Origin: Trichosphaerium sp. ATCC 40318
Taxonomy: Eukaryota > Protista > Tubulinea
Length of the DNA: 64,000 bases
Direction of reading: 5' to 3'
Assembly: GCA_038496445.1 (NCBI GenBank)
Contig: JALMLS010000322.1
Coordinates: 372,001-436,000 of the forward strand
The notes under the pieces are model-generated. The model saw only the letters and a program-made list of their open reading frames with translations. It ran no database searches and was not told the origin of the DNA. Below are positions 48,090 through 61,927 of the stretch, one piece after another. Made by a program: the position numbers and the translations under genes. Within the stretch, counting starts at the first letter, position 1. The number at the start of each line of letters is the position of its first letter.

Positions 48090-51000
48090 TCATGAACTCG
48101 ACATATTACGTGATGGAGATACTTTACCTACAGTAAACAGTAAGCAACAAGTTAAAACGATACTTATGACTAGAATTAAAGAGCGTACCACTTGTCGAGA
48201 GCGCAGATGAAGAACCACCACCATGACCGGAGGTCGCTAAAATAAGTGCGTTGTTTGTGATCAACTTGTGGATAAAGAGAGTGTTAACAGTGATAGCTAG
48301 TTGATAACCTTAGTAACAACGAAGAAACAAGCAAAGAAAGTGTATGGTAGAGACAACGTACCACCTCCGAGAAGAAGACAAAGAGAGAATAGAACAAAGA
48401 ATGTAAATCTGTTCGCACTTTGTATGTTGCTTACTGATATTGCAAATCCGATAATAGCAAAGAAGAAGATATTATACATTGCAAAGAAAATAACTTTAGA
48501 CTCATTGTATCTCTTCAATGGAATACGCCTTACTTGGAATGATACAATAGCACCAAGTACTAAAATAATAGCCTATAATATGTCAACGAGCGATTCTATG
48601 GATGGTATTTAGCGTACATTACTTCCAACAATTAGATATAAAATAATGTTAAACGCCAAGTTTGTAGAACATTTATAGTAGTTCTCGCTGACACGAATGC
48701 TCGATTTGATGACAAGCTCTTGCTTTTGAGAACCTGTTACAGTCTAATAAATAATTAATACATTGCTGTCTATTGAGGTATCATACCATAATTATGAGTT
48801 CAAGAACATGAACACCTAAAGCTACAAACACCCATATTGATACCATAACTGACGTGATACCCAAATCTGTTTCAATACTCTTGACTGTCCATAATCTCTT
48901 GATCCTCCAAGTTTTAGCGAAGATTGGCCTTTTAGAGTTGTTAGGAACGTGCAGCACGCGGAAACTAAAGTAATCGTACACAAACAAAAGAGTAAAGCCA
49001 ATCGTAACAAGCCATGGTTGTAGTGCGCATGTCATGTCATTAACAACATTAGGAAGGAACGTGAATACACTTAGGTATAGCGCAATACTACCAACTAATG
49101 TGATAGCCATAAATACAGGAGATGCTGCCTGTTTGGACTTATAAGATTTCGCCCAAGCAATGTGATAAATAAAAAACTTACCTTAAAGTTTTTATGAAGT
49201 GGTCCTTTTGTTTTCATGGCAACTAACATAACTATACCCCAAATAATACTTTGTATTATCAAGATAACAGCAATACAACTAATAAGAATCTCAGACCAAT
49301 GCCCTAGTACAAACAAGTGTCAACCAAAAAGCAAAACGAAACAACATAAAAACACGAAAAAAACAAGAATGCAAAACGCAATGTGTCATTGTGACACGCA
49401 ATGCTAAAAAATTCGCATGAAAAGTGGTGTACCGTAATGTGGATCAAATATACGCTCACTCCATGTAGGCATAGGATAAATATAATCAATCTGTTGAACC
49501 TTACTAGGAAAAACAGGAACTGTTCTGTTTGTCAAGTATTGAAGGAATATGTAATCCCTTTGTTGGTCTCCAATAGGTCCCCATGAAAATTCACCTATAA
49601 TAGTATCTCTTTTACTCTGTAGTATCGCAGTAGCAACCTGGTTTTGTATATCCTAACAGGAAAAGTTAGCACAGGTTGTATTTACGTAAGAAGGTTTAGA
49701 AGTACCTCACATGGGTTCGTTGAGGTGTTGACGAGAAGGCTTTGCAGTTGGTTTACCTTAGATAAACATGTCAGTAGTTGAAAAACAATTGCGACGATTT
49801 CATACTGTTAGGCTAAGACTTTCTATCGCTGAAACCAGCTCTAAACCAAGAACATTTGTCAGAATGTGAAACTCTCCTACTGACTCATTGAACCGGTCTT
49901 GAATCAAGTTACCGAAATTTGTTATATTTGTAAACTCCTTTTCAGCAACATTAGGAAAGTTAAAAGAAGTATCAAGCTAAACAAAATTGGGGAGTAAGTG
50001 ACAAACCAAAAGTAGTCAAAAAAAAATTTGTGAACTTACAATAGCGATTCCACCTCTGTATTCGTATAGATATTCCTCTTCCGGATGTAAATCAAAATCG
50101 CCAGCTGTTGTTTCATGAACAAAAGCACGAGGTGTATAATCTTCATCTTCAAGATGTTTCATAACAATATTACAAGCTCTTGGATAAACAACACAACAAA
50201 CCCAAATATCAGGGTCTGTTTCCATAACATGATTTGTTGCATTAATTATTTCAGTTGTAAAGTCTGAAGGAAAGTCTCCTATACGTGATGTTGTAAAGGA
50301 TCCTTGAGACCTTGCTTAAAGAAAAGTATAAGCCAAAAAAGTAGCGTTATGGTCTACAACATACGAATAGAGGAAATGATGTGTTGTCCGACTACGTTTA
50401 TACCATTATTTTCGATTTCATCGAGTAACGCTTGGGAATAGCATTTGGAAGGCTATGAATCGATAATCAGTAAGCACATACGTAAAAACAAGTTCAAAAA
50501 CAAAATCGCGATTTGTACCGAAATAGAGCCAGTATCTGAGATAATAGCCATTGTCCTAGCGCCAGCGATACGCAAAGGTCTCAAAGAAGTTCTAGAGAAG
50601 CAAAATAAGCATCACCGCAAGTTACTTGCGAATTCACAAAAAAAAGTCAGAAAATAAATAAAATCGTATTCCGATTTTTCGATATTGCCTTTGTCACTGT
50701 AGGTTGTACCTGTAGATAGACGAGAAAGGCGTATTCATAGATAAAGCGAGGTTTGTTGTAGATGTCGTGTAATACTCTTCATTTGAAGATAGGTATGACA
50801 CTAATGACAGAAATCGTCAGTTTTAGGCGGAATAAGTTTGCCATAGACCAATTGGGGTTTTTTAGGGAAAAGTTTTGTGTACTCATTAGTTTGTTTGCTT
50901 GTAACGCTAGAGGTAGCGCTATTATACTAAAAGAGCCAACTGGAGAAACCAAGAAATGAATATTGTTGCTAGAAATCATTGCTTTGCAAGAACATCAATA

Positions 51001-51496
51001 AAACAGCGATACTAGGCGTTTACGTATACTTACAGCCATACAACTCCAAAAGTCGGGTGACATTGAACTGATCGTCGTATATTTCGAACTTGATACCAAC
51101 GGTACCATCAGTGAGCTTGTGATCTGTTAAAATCGAATGGTTTGATACTTGTAGAATGGCTTTTAGTATTTTATTTTAAAACGCACTTGAATTGGGTTTT
51201 GTTGTGTCCACTCTTCGAAAAACTGAAATCCTTGACTATCATTGTTTCAATTAGAGCCGGACTTGGATTGTCTCGAAAAAACTATTTTGCGCTGTCTTCA
51301 TACCTCAGTGGTGTACCGAATAACGCTCCAAAAGGTCCAGTAAGTGGTAAAGTCATACCTAAAGCCATTTTTAACAAAACAACTATGAGTTCGAGGTTTC
51401 TTTACCAACTGTAACATTAAATGATGGTGGCTGAGTGTAGCATGGTACTATAAGCGATACTACGCATATCAAGTATAAAGGGAGTGGCTGCTTCAT
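48090..51496 (-). CDS. Class C (GABA-B/Grl-like) GPCR with a periplasmic-binding-protein ectodomain
   Basis: Signal peptide and GMTLPLTGPF ectodomain start. 7TM motifs CALQPWLVTIGFTLLF..IFAKTWRI and VRRIP…YNESKVI.FA.YN. Confidence 0.85.
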
Positions 51497-52327
51497 CGTT
51501 TTAAAAGTTGTGCAAGTATTTCTATTCTCAGTAGTTTCTCCTGTCAAACTTTCTTGATTTGATTTTGGAAGTACTATTTCCAGCATGGATAAAACAAGAA
51601 GCAGTATGTGTTAAACACACCTCGCGTACGTTTTACTCACAATTAGGTATTTTGAGCTGCTTGGTATGCCTAAACTGGCTTGTGTCTAGTATGAAGTTGC
51701 CCCTTAATTGTGTAACGTTAGGGCGTTGGGTAATACAAATATCGTAACTTACCGGTTTTCGTGAAATGCCCTTTTTTGTACAAAAAAGGTAAAACTATCT
51801 TTTGGTACCAAATAACTGTTGCATACCCCAGTTTTCGTTTTCAGTTCGAAAAGCTTGTTATCGTGCTACTGGGGTGACGATAACGCGTCACAACAGCATT
51901 TTTGCAAAAATGTAAACAGAGTTTCTTTGTTAAAACCTTGCCTGTGTAGTTTATCTCCAAACTGCAGTATGCAAAGCGTATTGTTAAAGGAACCTACACA
52001 GCAAAAATTAACTATAATAATGCGAGTACGCAATCACGAACCTCGGAAAACTGCATAGGTTTCCTGATAAAAAAAAGCTAAATAGTATCTCATCACATGC
52101 TCGCTGTTTTGAATCGTTAACGGATTATTATTAATAGCTCTCTTTAATGTGTGTTCCTGTATTAAACTATGATCAATGGATTTAATAAAAATCCAAGTCA
52201 ATTGTAGAATTCTATGTACAATACAGGTTAATTTTATTAAATTTTAGTTTTTTTTTTTGGGTAGTAAGTACTTTTGTCGCATTGTTTTGGTTGTTTTTAC
52301 AGGTTGTTGTACGGCTTGAGTATGTTT

Positions 52328-54143
52328 CTACCAATCGATTTGGGCTTTAGCAGAGCTGAATAAATAATCTCTGCCGTTTAAATGCATAACCCCTGATACC
52401 AATTGAGCTCTTCGCCTATCTTTGGTACGTTTCATCTTTTTGAAAAAAAAAAGTTAGTACTATAAACAAACACATGGCGAGTTTCCTCGTTTCATGGTAT
52501 TATCAAACTTACTGATTCGAAGAGGCAAACAATTGAGTTCTTTACTTCCTCTTCCTCAGAATCTGATAAGTCATCATCTGAACCTAGTTGATTCTACACA
52601 AAAGTGAGTAAAAACTTGGTGGTTGCTAGTATTTCGTTGTCGTACTTTATCCAAGTCTTTACCGGCTAAGTAGTCCTCATTAGCTGTTGATATGATACTA
52701 TCAATAGTGTAATCTTTGAGTAGTGTTTCTTCACCGACATTTGTAGCAGTAGCTTCATTCTGTAATTCATTAGAACCATTTTCTGCCAGCGTAGTTTGTT
52801 CATTAGTTTTTTCGGGTGCTGCAGCACTTTGTGGCGCTGTGTCTTTAGGTGCCTGCTCAGCTGATGACTGCATAGGTGTTGTTTGTTGTTCGATTGGGTG
52901 AGTCAACGTCTGCTCAGTGTTTGCTGGAGATTGCATGAAGTTATTTAAAGCATGATCTACAAAGGTTGTGGCATCATCTGTTGATGAGGTTGTTTGGCCT
53001 GCAGGCGTACCAGCAGGAGGAGGTACAACAGGGGTCATAGTAATAGGATAAATAGGTGCAATGGTTGGAGGAACTGTGGATACTGCACCATTATTAGCTT
53101 CTGAACCGGCAACGTGAGCTAAAACATAAAACAGGTAAGTACGAAATATTTTTGAAGTCCCTTACCAACGAATGCCTTTGCTTTGCGTGCAGCAGTGCGC
53201 ATTTTTCGAACTCCTTGTTGTTCTGGTTCTGAATTAATGATTATGGGCGTCTGTACTGGTGCAGATTCAGGTACAGGAGATTCTGTCTCCATAGGAGTAG
53301 GTGTTGGTGGTATAACTTTTGACCTCTGAAAAGTGTTTTTTCTTATTTTCTTTACAGGGCGACCTGAAGTGTTTGCTAGAGGTGCACGGGATCTGATACC
53401 AAATATGGCTAGAGGGGTATCATGCTACAGAAGGAAACATAAGAGCTGGAAGCGACATGCAAGTGCAAAAATGAAAAAAACTTAAAAGATGTGTACACGA
53501 CGTTTGTGTTTAGGTTGAGGATCATCACGTGCGTCATCAATAGTTATCTAATAGCCATGAGAAGAATTAAATTAAAAAAATTGTGGTTTGAGTTCATAGT
53601 CAGTAATTCAAAAAGGGAGCTCGTACTGCTTGTAATTTGCGTTTCTTGGAAGGTTTTTTTGAGGGTTTTTTGTTTTTACTGGTTTGTGACGCTGGTGCGC
53701 TTGTAAATTTATTTGCAGACGCGCCAATAATTACAGGGGTATTAGATACAGGCACAACTAGCCGATTTGGTCCATTTGGCGCATTTGTGGCTGAGTCCAT
53801 ACCTGCCGTTACCTAATAATCACTTAACGACTGTTATTTTAGGTGTGGTTTACGTCATTTGATGCTGCTTGGGGTTGTGATGGCGTTGACTCACGCTGTA
53901 TTGGTACTCTTCCAAAATGTACGTCTAGGGTGTCATACGTTCGCTTTCTCCATTTCTATGGACGAGTTAACACAACTTTTAAAAAAACAGTTTAAATAGC
54001 GCGCCACGCAAAATTACCTGTTGAAGATCCTCTAGTACACCGTCAGCACCCTCTTTATGAAAAGTTGATTGTAAATTGGTGAAAACGTCATTAATTACAG
54101 AATCGTATACAGCGTATATCAAGTCTTCCGATGCACGAGTCAT
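52328..54143 (-). CDS. GTF2A1: Transcription factor IIA alpha/beta (large) subunit, divergent
   Basis: N-terminal VYDSVINDVF…F.KEG.D.VLEDLQQKW. Low-complexity middle. C-terminal GVMHLNGRDYLFSSAKAQIDW*. Confidence 0.85.
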
Positions 54144-54291
54144 TGTATCATATACAACACAAGAAACCGAATTATTAAGTTAAACTTAAGTCAGTACAAA
54201 ATAAACGACAGAACGCAATGTTAACATCCAAATACAAAATTACACGAGGCAATATGTTTTTATTACTCGTATTGATATTTCGGTTTATAAG

Positions 54292-55570
54292 TTACATGTA
54301 AGGACCAATAAGACTTTCAGATGTCATAGGCACAAGAATACAAGCGAAAGTAACCAATCCAACAACATACAATGTAATCAACACTAACAGTCGTGGTGAG
54401 AAACAAGATAAGAATAAAAGAAATTGTTTTTGGTTTTGTCTTCAATTTAAATTGATCGTACGGGTTTTGTGTTTATGTTCTAATGCTAGATCGATACGTG
54501 GGAATCCCATAAAGTTACAAAAAGCGTGAGCAATGAGGCAAGAGTACAAACTGTTCGTTCTTAAGAATAAATAGCCTGCGTAGTTGCCAAAAATGCTAGT
54601 GTACAAAAGTTGGAAACCTAAAAGTTAATTACAAATAACTCACAAGAGCGCTTAGCAAAGAAACTAATGCATACAAACAGGTGCCCAACCAACAGTGAAT
54701 ACGTGATGTAAGTGAGCAATACCAAAGAGGCAAGGTGGCAACTACAGCAGTGTCAGTCAACTTTACATTTTGTCTTTTATGTGGCGTACCATCATTGCAA
54801 CCAAATTCGAGTATCCGGCTTGCTGTAAAATCCTCATTTGAATGCCTCTGAATACATACTCTTCAGCTAAAGGTGCTACAATCAAGTTCCTAGTCATACA
54901 TTAAACTAAAAAGTCTAAGAGACAAACTTACCTCCATGTCAAAATTTCTCCAAAATCAGGTATGCATTCTTTGTCCCAATCCAAGTACAATTGCACAACA
55001 GGTCCCAAAAACAATGTGACAGTTAGAAGCAAGCCTAGTGCTGTACTAGATACGATCTATACACGTGTTAAACACAAAGCACCGAGCATAAGGCGTGAAT
55101 AGCATGTTTTGAACAAAAAAACGCTTTACTCACGTGGGAGCCTGAAACAAGCGTTTAAAAATGTTTTTACGTATTTATATATTACGTACGTGCGTTGGAG
55201 ATAAAAAAATAGAAGATCCGTCAACAGTCAGAGGTAAACCCGTTAAAATTGTTGTTAAAATTGAAATAACAACCACTGATATGATTCGACGTATAACGAC
55301 GCCTTAGGAATGCATTAGATGTATTTTGAGTAACAAATGCGTTAATATCACCTTTCTCGTCTCTTCGTCGCGGATCTCTGCTGCTACGGTGGTTTTAGAG
55401 ACAGAATAGTGCAATTTGGTTAAATTAACTGCAAGATGGTTTTCACAAGTTTATAACGCGTCAACGAGTTATACACACGCTTACCTCTTCCAGACATACA
55501 AAGAGGCAACAAACGACGCAGAAATTAATACACATTTCAACGGAGCGTTTATGCTCTGAAAATACTCCAT
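54292..55570 (-). CDS. RCE1: CAAX prenyl protease 2
   Basis: NLIVAPLAEEYVFRG, FGIAHLHH, FQLLYTSIFG.YAGYLFLRT and HAFCNFMGFP motifs. Confidence 0.92.
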
Positions 55571-55983
55571 CGAGCTTGAACAGTTTGGCGGTTGCGCTTT
55601 GAACAAATAATAATGGGTACAAGAATAACATAAGTCTGTGTCAGTCAATATTACTTTCTTTCTTCATTTTTTATCTCTGACCAATAAAAGACGTTTTGGC
55701 GTCATTGGTTGGTGTAAATACAATCAATTTGGACATGGCAGTATGAGTGATGACACCATTGATCACGTGTTTGGAATGTGATTTTCGAAAGTCTTGGATA
55801 TTGCATGCAGATAGCTCTGTTTCTCCGGCTGACTTTAGTTGATTTAGCGAACGACAATTCATTTTCTGAACTCATTGCAATACAAAATGGACTTCGCTTC
55901 ACCTGGGCTTCACTCAGCTTTTGCCAGCATCAGCTCTTCAACCTTCTGAGACTTTCGGAGTGACATTTTCATCGTACAGGCCA

Positions 55984-56721
55984 ATGATGTACGCTTTTGC
56001 AGCTGTAGGCGCTGTTTAGGGATTGTGGTGGCTTGGTAAAAGAGTGGGCAATTATTTCGCTGATTGCAATCCAAGTAAGCTTTTTTCATAATTGCACATG
56101 TTACACATTACAACTCAACCATTGTTTTCTGTGTATTGTGGAACAAAATTTGGCATGAAGGGTATTGTTGGTTGCAGCATTTTAGTTGGGAAAACGTTAC
56201 GTGTTTGCTGAGTGTTTTTGGCTGTAGGATTTTTCGAAAGTGTTAGAATGGAAGGTGTTAACGTTACACTCATTTGTCCTGGTGAACTCCTTACAGAATT
56301 TGCTGATGTAGTGGAAATGTCAGATGCTTCTACAATGGCTACTCCAGAAGCTGTACAGGAATCATTAAAATCTATGGCATACAACCTTGATGTACTGACG
56401 CTCAGTTTGCTATTTTGTCACCTTTGATTGTTCTGCACATGTACCAGCTGTACTCCTTATATTTGTTTCCTGGGATGCTGTTAGAGTGTAAAAAAGCTAT
56501 TGCTCGGGGAGATGATAAGTACACGGAAGGTGTTGTTAACGGAATTATGCTTATGATATAAAGTAGGTTTGCAACAAACTTGCGCAAGTTTTTTTTGTTT
56601 TTCATTTAACTATTCGCCTAGTTTCGTTGGATCAATTTTCGTTGGGGGACTCACAGAAGAAAAATGGCAAAAATTTTTACCTCAAAAACATGCAAGTGCA
56701 GCTCAGAAACAGAATAATTAG
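55984..56721 (+). pseudogene. Short-chain dehydrogenase/reductase (DHRS7-like) pseudogene
   Basis: Signal anchor with an in-frame TAG at 56017, then YFADCN. Jumps to YCGTKF (YxxxK) and GFFESVRMEGVNVTLICPG. No TGxxxGxG Rossmann motif. Confidence 0.65.
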
Positions 56722-56822
56722 ACCTTTTTTTTTACTTGAATTACCAATTTGATCAGCTTCTCATCAAAAATAAATAGTCGCTGGTAGAGCGCTGTTCATA
56801 GTTATTTTAAGGTTCTTTATGC

Positions 56823-58887
56823 TTAAGATGATACATAATACAAACTCATAGACTCATCAGATAGCCCATCAAGAAGGAAAGGATATCGCTATAAGCTCAT
56901 TTAGCATTTGACCTCTGTATGCTCAAAAACAACTTTACGAACCTTTGGGTTGTGATAAACTACCCATGGCACAGTTATGGGTTTATCAAGTTTGTCACTT
57001 GTCCAAGCTCTTTCTACTTTAAAGAAGCGATCATGAGATGGTTGGTTGTATAACATCTTTCCTGTTTCTCGAGCATTTCGAACTTTTGTGACATTGAATG
57101 TATCTTCATGTATCCTTCCCTTTATGTAGAAACGTTAGTATTAAGTGTTGAATAGGAAGATTTAAATAGGTCGTTGGGTCGCCTTATCACGTGATTTTTA
57201 GCGTGGATTTTGGACAAAATGTTGGCGCAAACAAAGAAAAGATTACTAACCTCAGCAATAGATAAACTCTTCCACATGATAAAAGCAGGATGTCCTTCAG
57301 TGGCAACTATTAAGTACAAACAAAAAAGGGATAAAACACTCGTACCATAGTACGATATATGCCAGCTTATTGGATTATTTACAATAACCATCTTAACTCG
57401 TCTAGAAGAATATGTCAGTAAAGAGACAAGTACATTACTCAATGAGACTGAAGAAAGCCTTTTTTTGGTTATACCCTTGTTTGAACTCTTCACCACGCTG
57501 AAATCTTGATACGTTATTATTTAGTGTTACAATAGGTGCCTCCCAGTTATTTCTCTTTATCCACTTAAGTCCAAAATAAAACAAATTATTTTGAACTATT
57601 AACGTGTCATAGTATGGTTTTGGTTCGCAGTGCTTCAGGTGATAAACAAAAAGTCCTATAAAAAAACGTTAAAAAAGAAAATAACCACGTGACTTTTTAT
57701 GGACATCCAAAAAACAAATCATTGTACTTACCATTTGGTATCTCATCTACATCACCGTCAATAACAATAGCATCATCCTCAATAGGTCCATGTCCTGTGA
57801 AGTAATTCAGATGAGGGAAAAATCAAGTGGACAGTGAAACATACCAGATTCAAAATGCTTTTTTGTGAATTCTCTGTGAAGAACTTCGAATTCCCTTTGG
57901 ATGTGTTAGTGTTGTTTTGGCGACAGAACTTGAACTCTGTTAGACTCACCAGTCGTTTTCATTTATATCTGGTAATAATTTTCGCAATACTGGGCCAAAT
58001 GCTTCGTAGCCAACAACAAGGTGAGTGATATTTTTTTCGAAAGCTTTATATCTAGACATTTGTTTTGTGAATTCATTTGTTCGAAGATATTTACCTATGT
58101 CTATTCTGTGCAAAATAAAGTGGTTTAGGCACACGCCTATGTGTCCATTCGGCTTCAGATATAACAAAATGATCGACACTCTCTTTCAGTTCGTGCATAC
58201 GCACTTCCAATAAATCTAACTCTGTCGAAAAAGTAATGATATCATACACCTAAATTTATCCAGTTACAAACCGCACAAGAAGTGTACTACCTTAGCTGCG
58301 ACGGCTCTTTTTCTTCCAGTGAATATGTTGTATCTACTACAATCTAATGTTTTCTCAAGAGACACAGGTCGTCGGTGTACTTTGAGTTCTGCTGGAGGCT
58401 ACATTTAGTTAGTTATCGCAGCATTTGCAATAGAGTCAACGTACTGGTAATTGCAGGAAAGGTGCTAAAGCATTTTGGTATTCTTCCTAAAACCGTTGGT
58501 TCCTCTAATAAAAGAATGGTGGTTCAACAGAGCCACAAGCGCAATTCTGCAAATATTTGTTTTTATTCACTCAATACTGTCACGTGGCTTGTTTTATTTT
58601 TAAAAAAAGCGTCAATAACGTACCAGAAGGTCTATTGGGACTATTTCTTCGTTTCTTGCTTTCATTATCCGCTCAGCGAACTTCCCTTCGTCAATAGCGC
58701 GTTGTAGATCAGTTTCCAACTTCTTAACGTAGTCTAAATTACTTGCTACATGATTCTCCAGGTACATAACACGTGACGCGTCTTGAAGCGAGATAGCGTA
58801 TGAAAATAGTAATAAAACAGATATTAATGTGAATATTGCTAGTGAAGGCTTAGAAGTTGTAAACTTCGTTAGTATAGTCTTGTGCAT
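56823..58887 (-). CDS. Glycosyltransferase family 17 (MGAT3-like), type II membrane protein
   Basis: N-terminal TM. YDIITFSTELDLLEVRMHEL..SVDHFVISEA..TH…KPLYF and IDGDVDEIP motifs. Confidence 0.85.
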
Positions 58888-59270
58888 AATTTATACAATG
58901 GTAGCAGCGGTTTAGGGAGTCTTGAAATATGTGACGTTGCTCATTAGTGAACCACAAAAGCTTAAGTTGGTGGCTAAGTAAGCTTGCTACAGGATAGACT
59001 CACAGCACTGCTAGCCTTACGTTGTAAATATAATAGACATTTTTTGCTGGCAGCCATTGCGCATGACATTGAACTCAAAGAAAGAACTGATTGGTATGTG
59101 TAGAACAGTTGTGACTTATGCGGTAACTAGTGCATCATCTATCTACAAACACTTAAACACATACAACCGCTAGATACGATATACACACGAAGTCTCTCTT
59201 CTAAGCACGTGAATACTAAGTATTCAATGACTACAATGTCAGTCAACGCTTTTTTATTACGACACAAAGC

Positions 59271-59986
59271 ATGCACCTCCTGCCTCTACTTTTATTTGTA
59301 ATTTTGTCAGTACTTCTAGTAGCCGCTCAAGTTAGTATGTATTTGTTTTACAACATTAACTAGTTAAACCCACTAATATACTACAGGCGAAGGCGATACT
59401 GGCAATTGCCAGCTCTTTATTTCAGGTGCTGAGATATTCGGGATGACTGGAAGTACTACAGGCCCCACCTTTCCAGACTTCACTGTACTTGATGCTGATT
59501 CGCTAGATGATGGTACTCCACCTGTTGAGTATACTTGGGTAAACATGGTTGATCTTGGGGAAAGTACAACCTTAACTGTCGATATTGATACTACAGGTAT
59601 TATCGTCAAGATTGTTTTCGAAGGCAATCCAGGGCTTCAAGCCTCAAGCTTACTCTGTACTTTTGACACAGCCTCAGTAGTCGGTATACCACTAGCAAAG
59701 AATAATTAATATGTTGTGCTAACTGTGTCATTCCTAGGTTCATCCCTTGTATCACCAACTGGTAGTAGTGTAACTCTTACAATTATTCCTCCAGACTTAA
59801 TTAAGTACAATTTTGTTATCTTTTGGTTTTGGTTTTTAACAGTTGTGTTCTAGTGTGGATCTACCAATTATTGAAGATGTTCCAGAGTTTGAAGTTGTGA
59901 TTGGATTTCCACCAGACCCAAACTCTTGCAGACCAGTTCAACGTAGTGGTGCATCGAAACGTAGAGCATTGTTTCAAGACCATTAA
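59271..59986 (+). CDS. Secreted acidic protein, paralog of 17231-18009
   Basis: Signal peptide MHLLPLLLFVILSVLLVAA, then EGDTGNC…GPTFPDF…CTFD…DPNSCRPVQRSGASKRRALFQDH*. Confidence 0.7.
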
Positions 59987-60559
59987 AAAATAAACTAACC
60001 GTGGTTTTTTTCCTTAGTCAGTATTTCCTCATAATACATTGAATTACAATCTTTTTTTTTTCAAGACACTGAGGCCTCATCAAAGAATATCAAGAAACGC
60101 ATCCAAAAACTGAGGCAGTCAAGAACAAGGTGATTTTTGGTAGCCTGCATCACACATGGTGAGAAAGTATCACATGTTCATAGTTAGTAGGACACCTATA
60201 GTGCCTTAACCCTTCATCAGTCACTAAAATGTGCTGACTTTATGGCTAGCCCAACATATATGAATTCATTTACACGTTCTTGCTTTGCATCAACTGTTAA
60301 CTGTTAAACACTAAATCCCGACTAAATTAATGCATGTAATCGGTCACATTTGTTACAAAAAAAGAGTTTGCAAAAGGAATAATGTTGTCAAGCCACTTCA
60401 AATTCTAGAAAAACAACAACAGAGCCTCTAATTTTTTTCCACAACATACAAACCTGTAAACAAAACAAACTACAACACTAATAATTTTTAATATGACTAC
60501 AATTGAATAAAGTACGCTCGCTCTCTACTTAACATACGTAATAGTTCCATAAATACAAC

Positions 60560-61840
60560 TTATATAGTGGCTACATTCTCATACCCTGTACCAGTAACAT
60601 CCCCAAAGTTGCCATCATCAGAAGTACCAACATAACCAGCATGAAAGTGAGAAACAGGAAAAATTTGTTCTTTTGGGAAAGCCCTCATTGTAAAAGGCGC
60701 TGTAGCATCAACCATATGAAATAAGAAAGCACCGTCCCTACCATTATAAGTAAACAAAATTTTATGACACGTGAGTGCTAATTTCGGGAATTTGTGCTTT
60801 TTCTTTGATGTTTTTGTTTTGATGTTCACTTTGTCGCACCTCTTCTTGTCATAGAGCTTTTCTCTTAGCGCTGTAGAGTTTGGTAGCTCTGCTGGCTTCC
60901 AATGTGTTTTTTGTAGAGTACCATTACGCACATAATCAACAGCCAAGCCACCTTTACTACTGAATCGTAGGAGAAATGCCCCGTTTATTGTGAGTCTCGG
61001 TTTTAACATCTCGCCTGCCAAATTAGCGCTAACGTATCCATGAATGCGTATTGGGTCTCTACGGTCCCACAAGTCCCACATACGATCAACTAAGCGCCAA
61101 CAATGAATAAAAGAAAACCTAGAACGTATTTTATTAATAAACGGAACTAAATACTACAACCGCGTTTGAAACTACGTTTAGATTGTTTTTCAGGCACATT
61201 GTCTGATTTGAAGTGGAATTAGACGAGAAAATTTTGTTTTAAAACCTTTTCTTCAAATTAATAGCGCTAGAATTGTACGTACTTATTGTCATGACCAGGC
61301 CAAAAGAATTCTGCGAAGTTGTTCTTTTCCACAATAAGGTCGTTAATGAAAGCAGCGTTTTGGCTTACAAAAGCCTTGTCAAACTCAACCACACCGCGAT
61401 GAAAGCCTATAAAGCGTTAAGTACAATTAAAAGTCCAAATTTGTTTATACCAAATGCAGCCACGCAGGCGAGGAAGCCAAGCGAAGGGCTGTCTAGTGGC
61501 CTCTTAATTTCTGCTCTTTGTGAAGCCGCAACGAGGTAATGGTAATAGTATTGGAGGTACACTTTAAAATGCACTCCACGTACGCCACTACGCAGGCCCT
61601 ACGATTTTTAGCACTCTAAAGTTGTAGATGACTAACATTGTTTGTTTTTGTCATGAGTGCCCACAACACTGCTCCATGCTCTCGTGGATCATTAGAGATA
61701 GAGTTGACGCAACTAGAAATTACAGAAACAACGCCAGGATTGTAACCCGAAGAAGTTTCCAGTAAATGGAATATTTGGGTCTTCTGTGCCTGGTAAGGGT
61801 TATTGGCATCGCCCATGCTCACATCAAAGTTGTGTGCCAT
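60560..61840 (-). CDS. STAT-type SH2-domain protein with a Tyr-containing C-terminal tail
   Basis: LWD…IHGYVS…A.EML…GAFLLRFSS..GLAVDYV, tail GYV…GYENV. Confidence 0.75.
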
Positions 61841-61927
61841 GTTGCGATCTGTTTTTAACGGATATTCTGTGTTTTTAGGTTGACTTAAAGTGTGCTTAAG
61901 GTTTTGAGACTTCAAAGCTCGTTACAC

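Noticed and set aside
56017-56019. In-frame TAG suggesting stop-codon reassignment
   Set aside because: TAG terminates TFIIA exactly after its conserved final Trp, and this SDR is also internally deleted.
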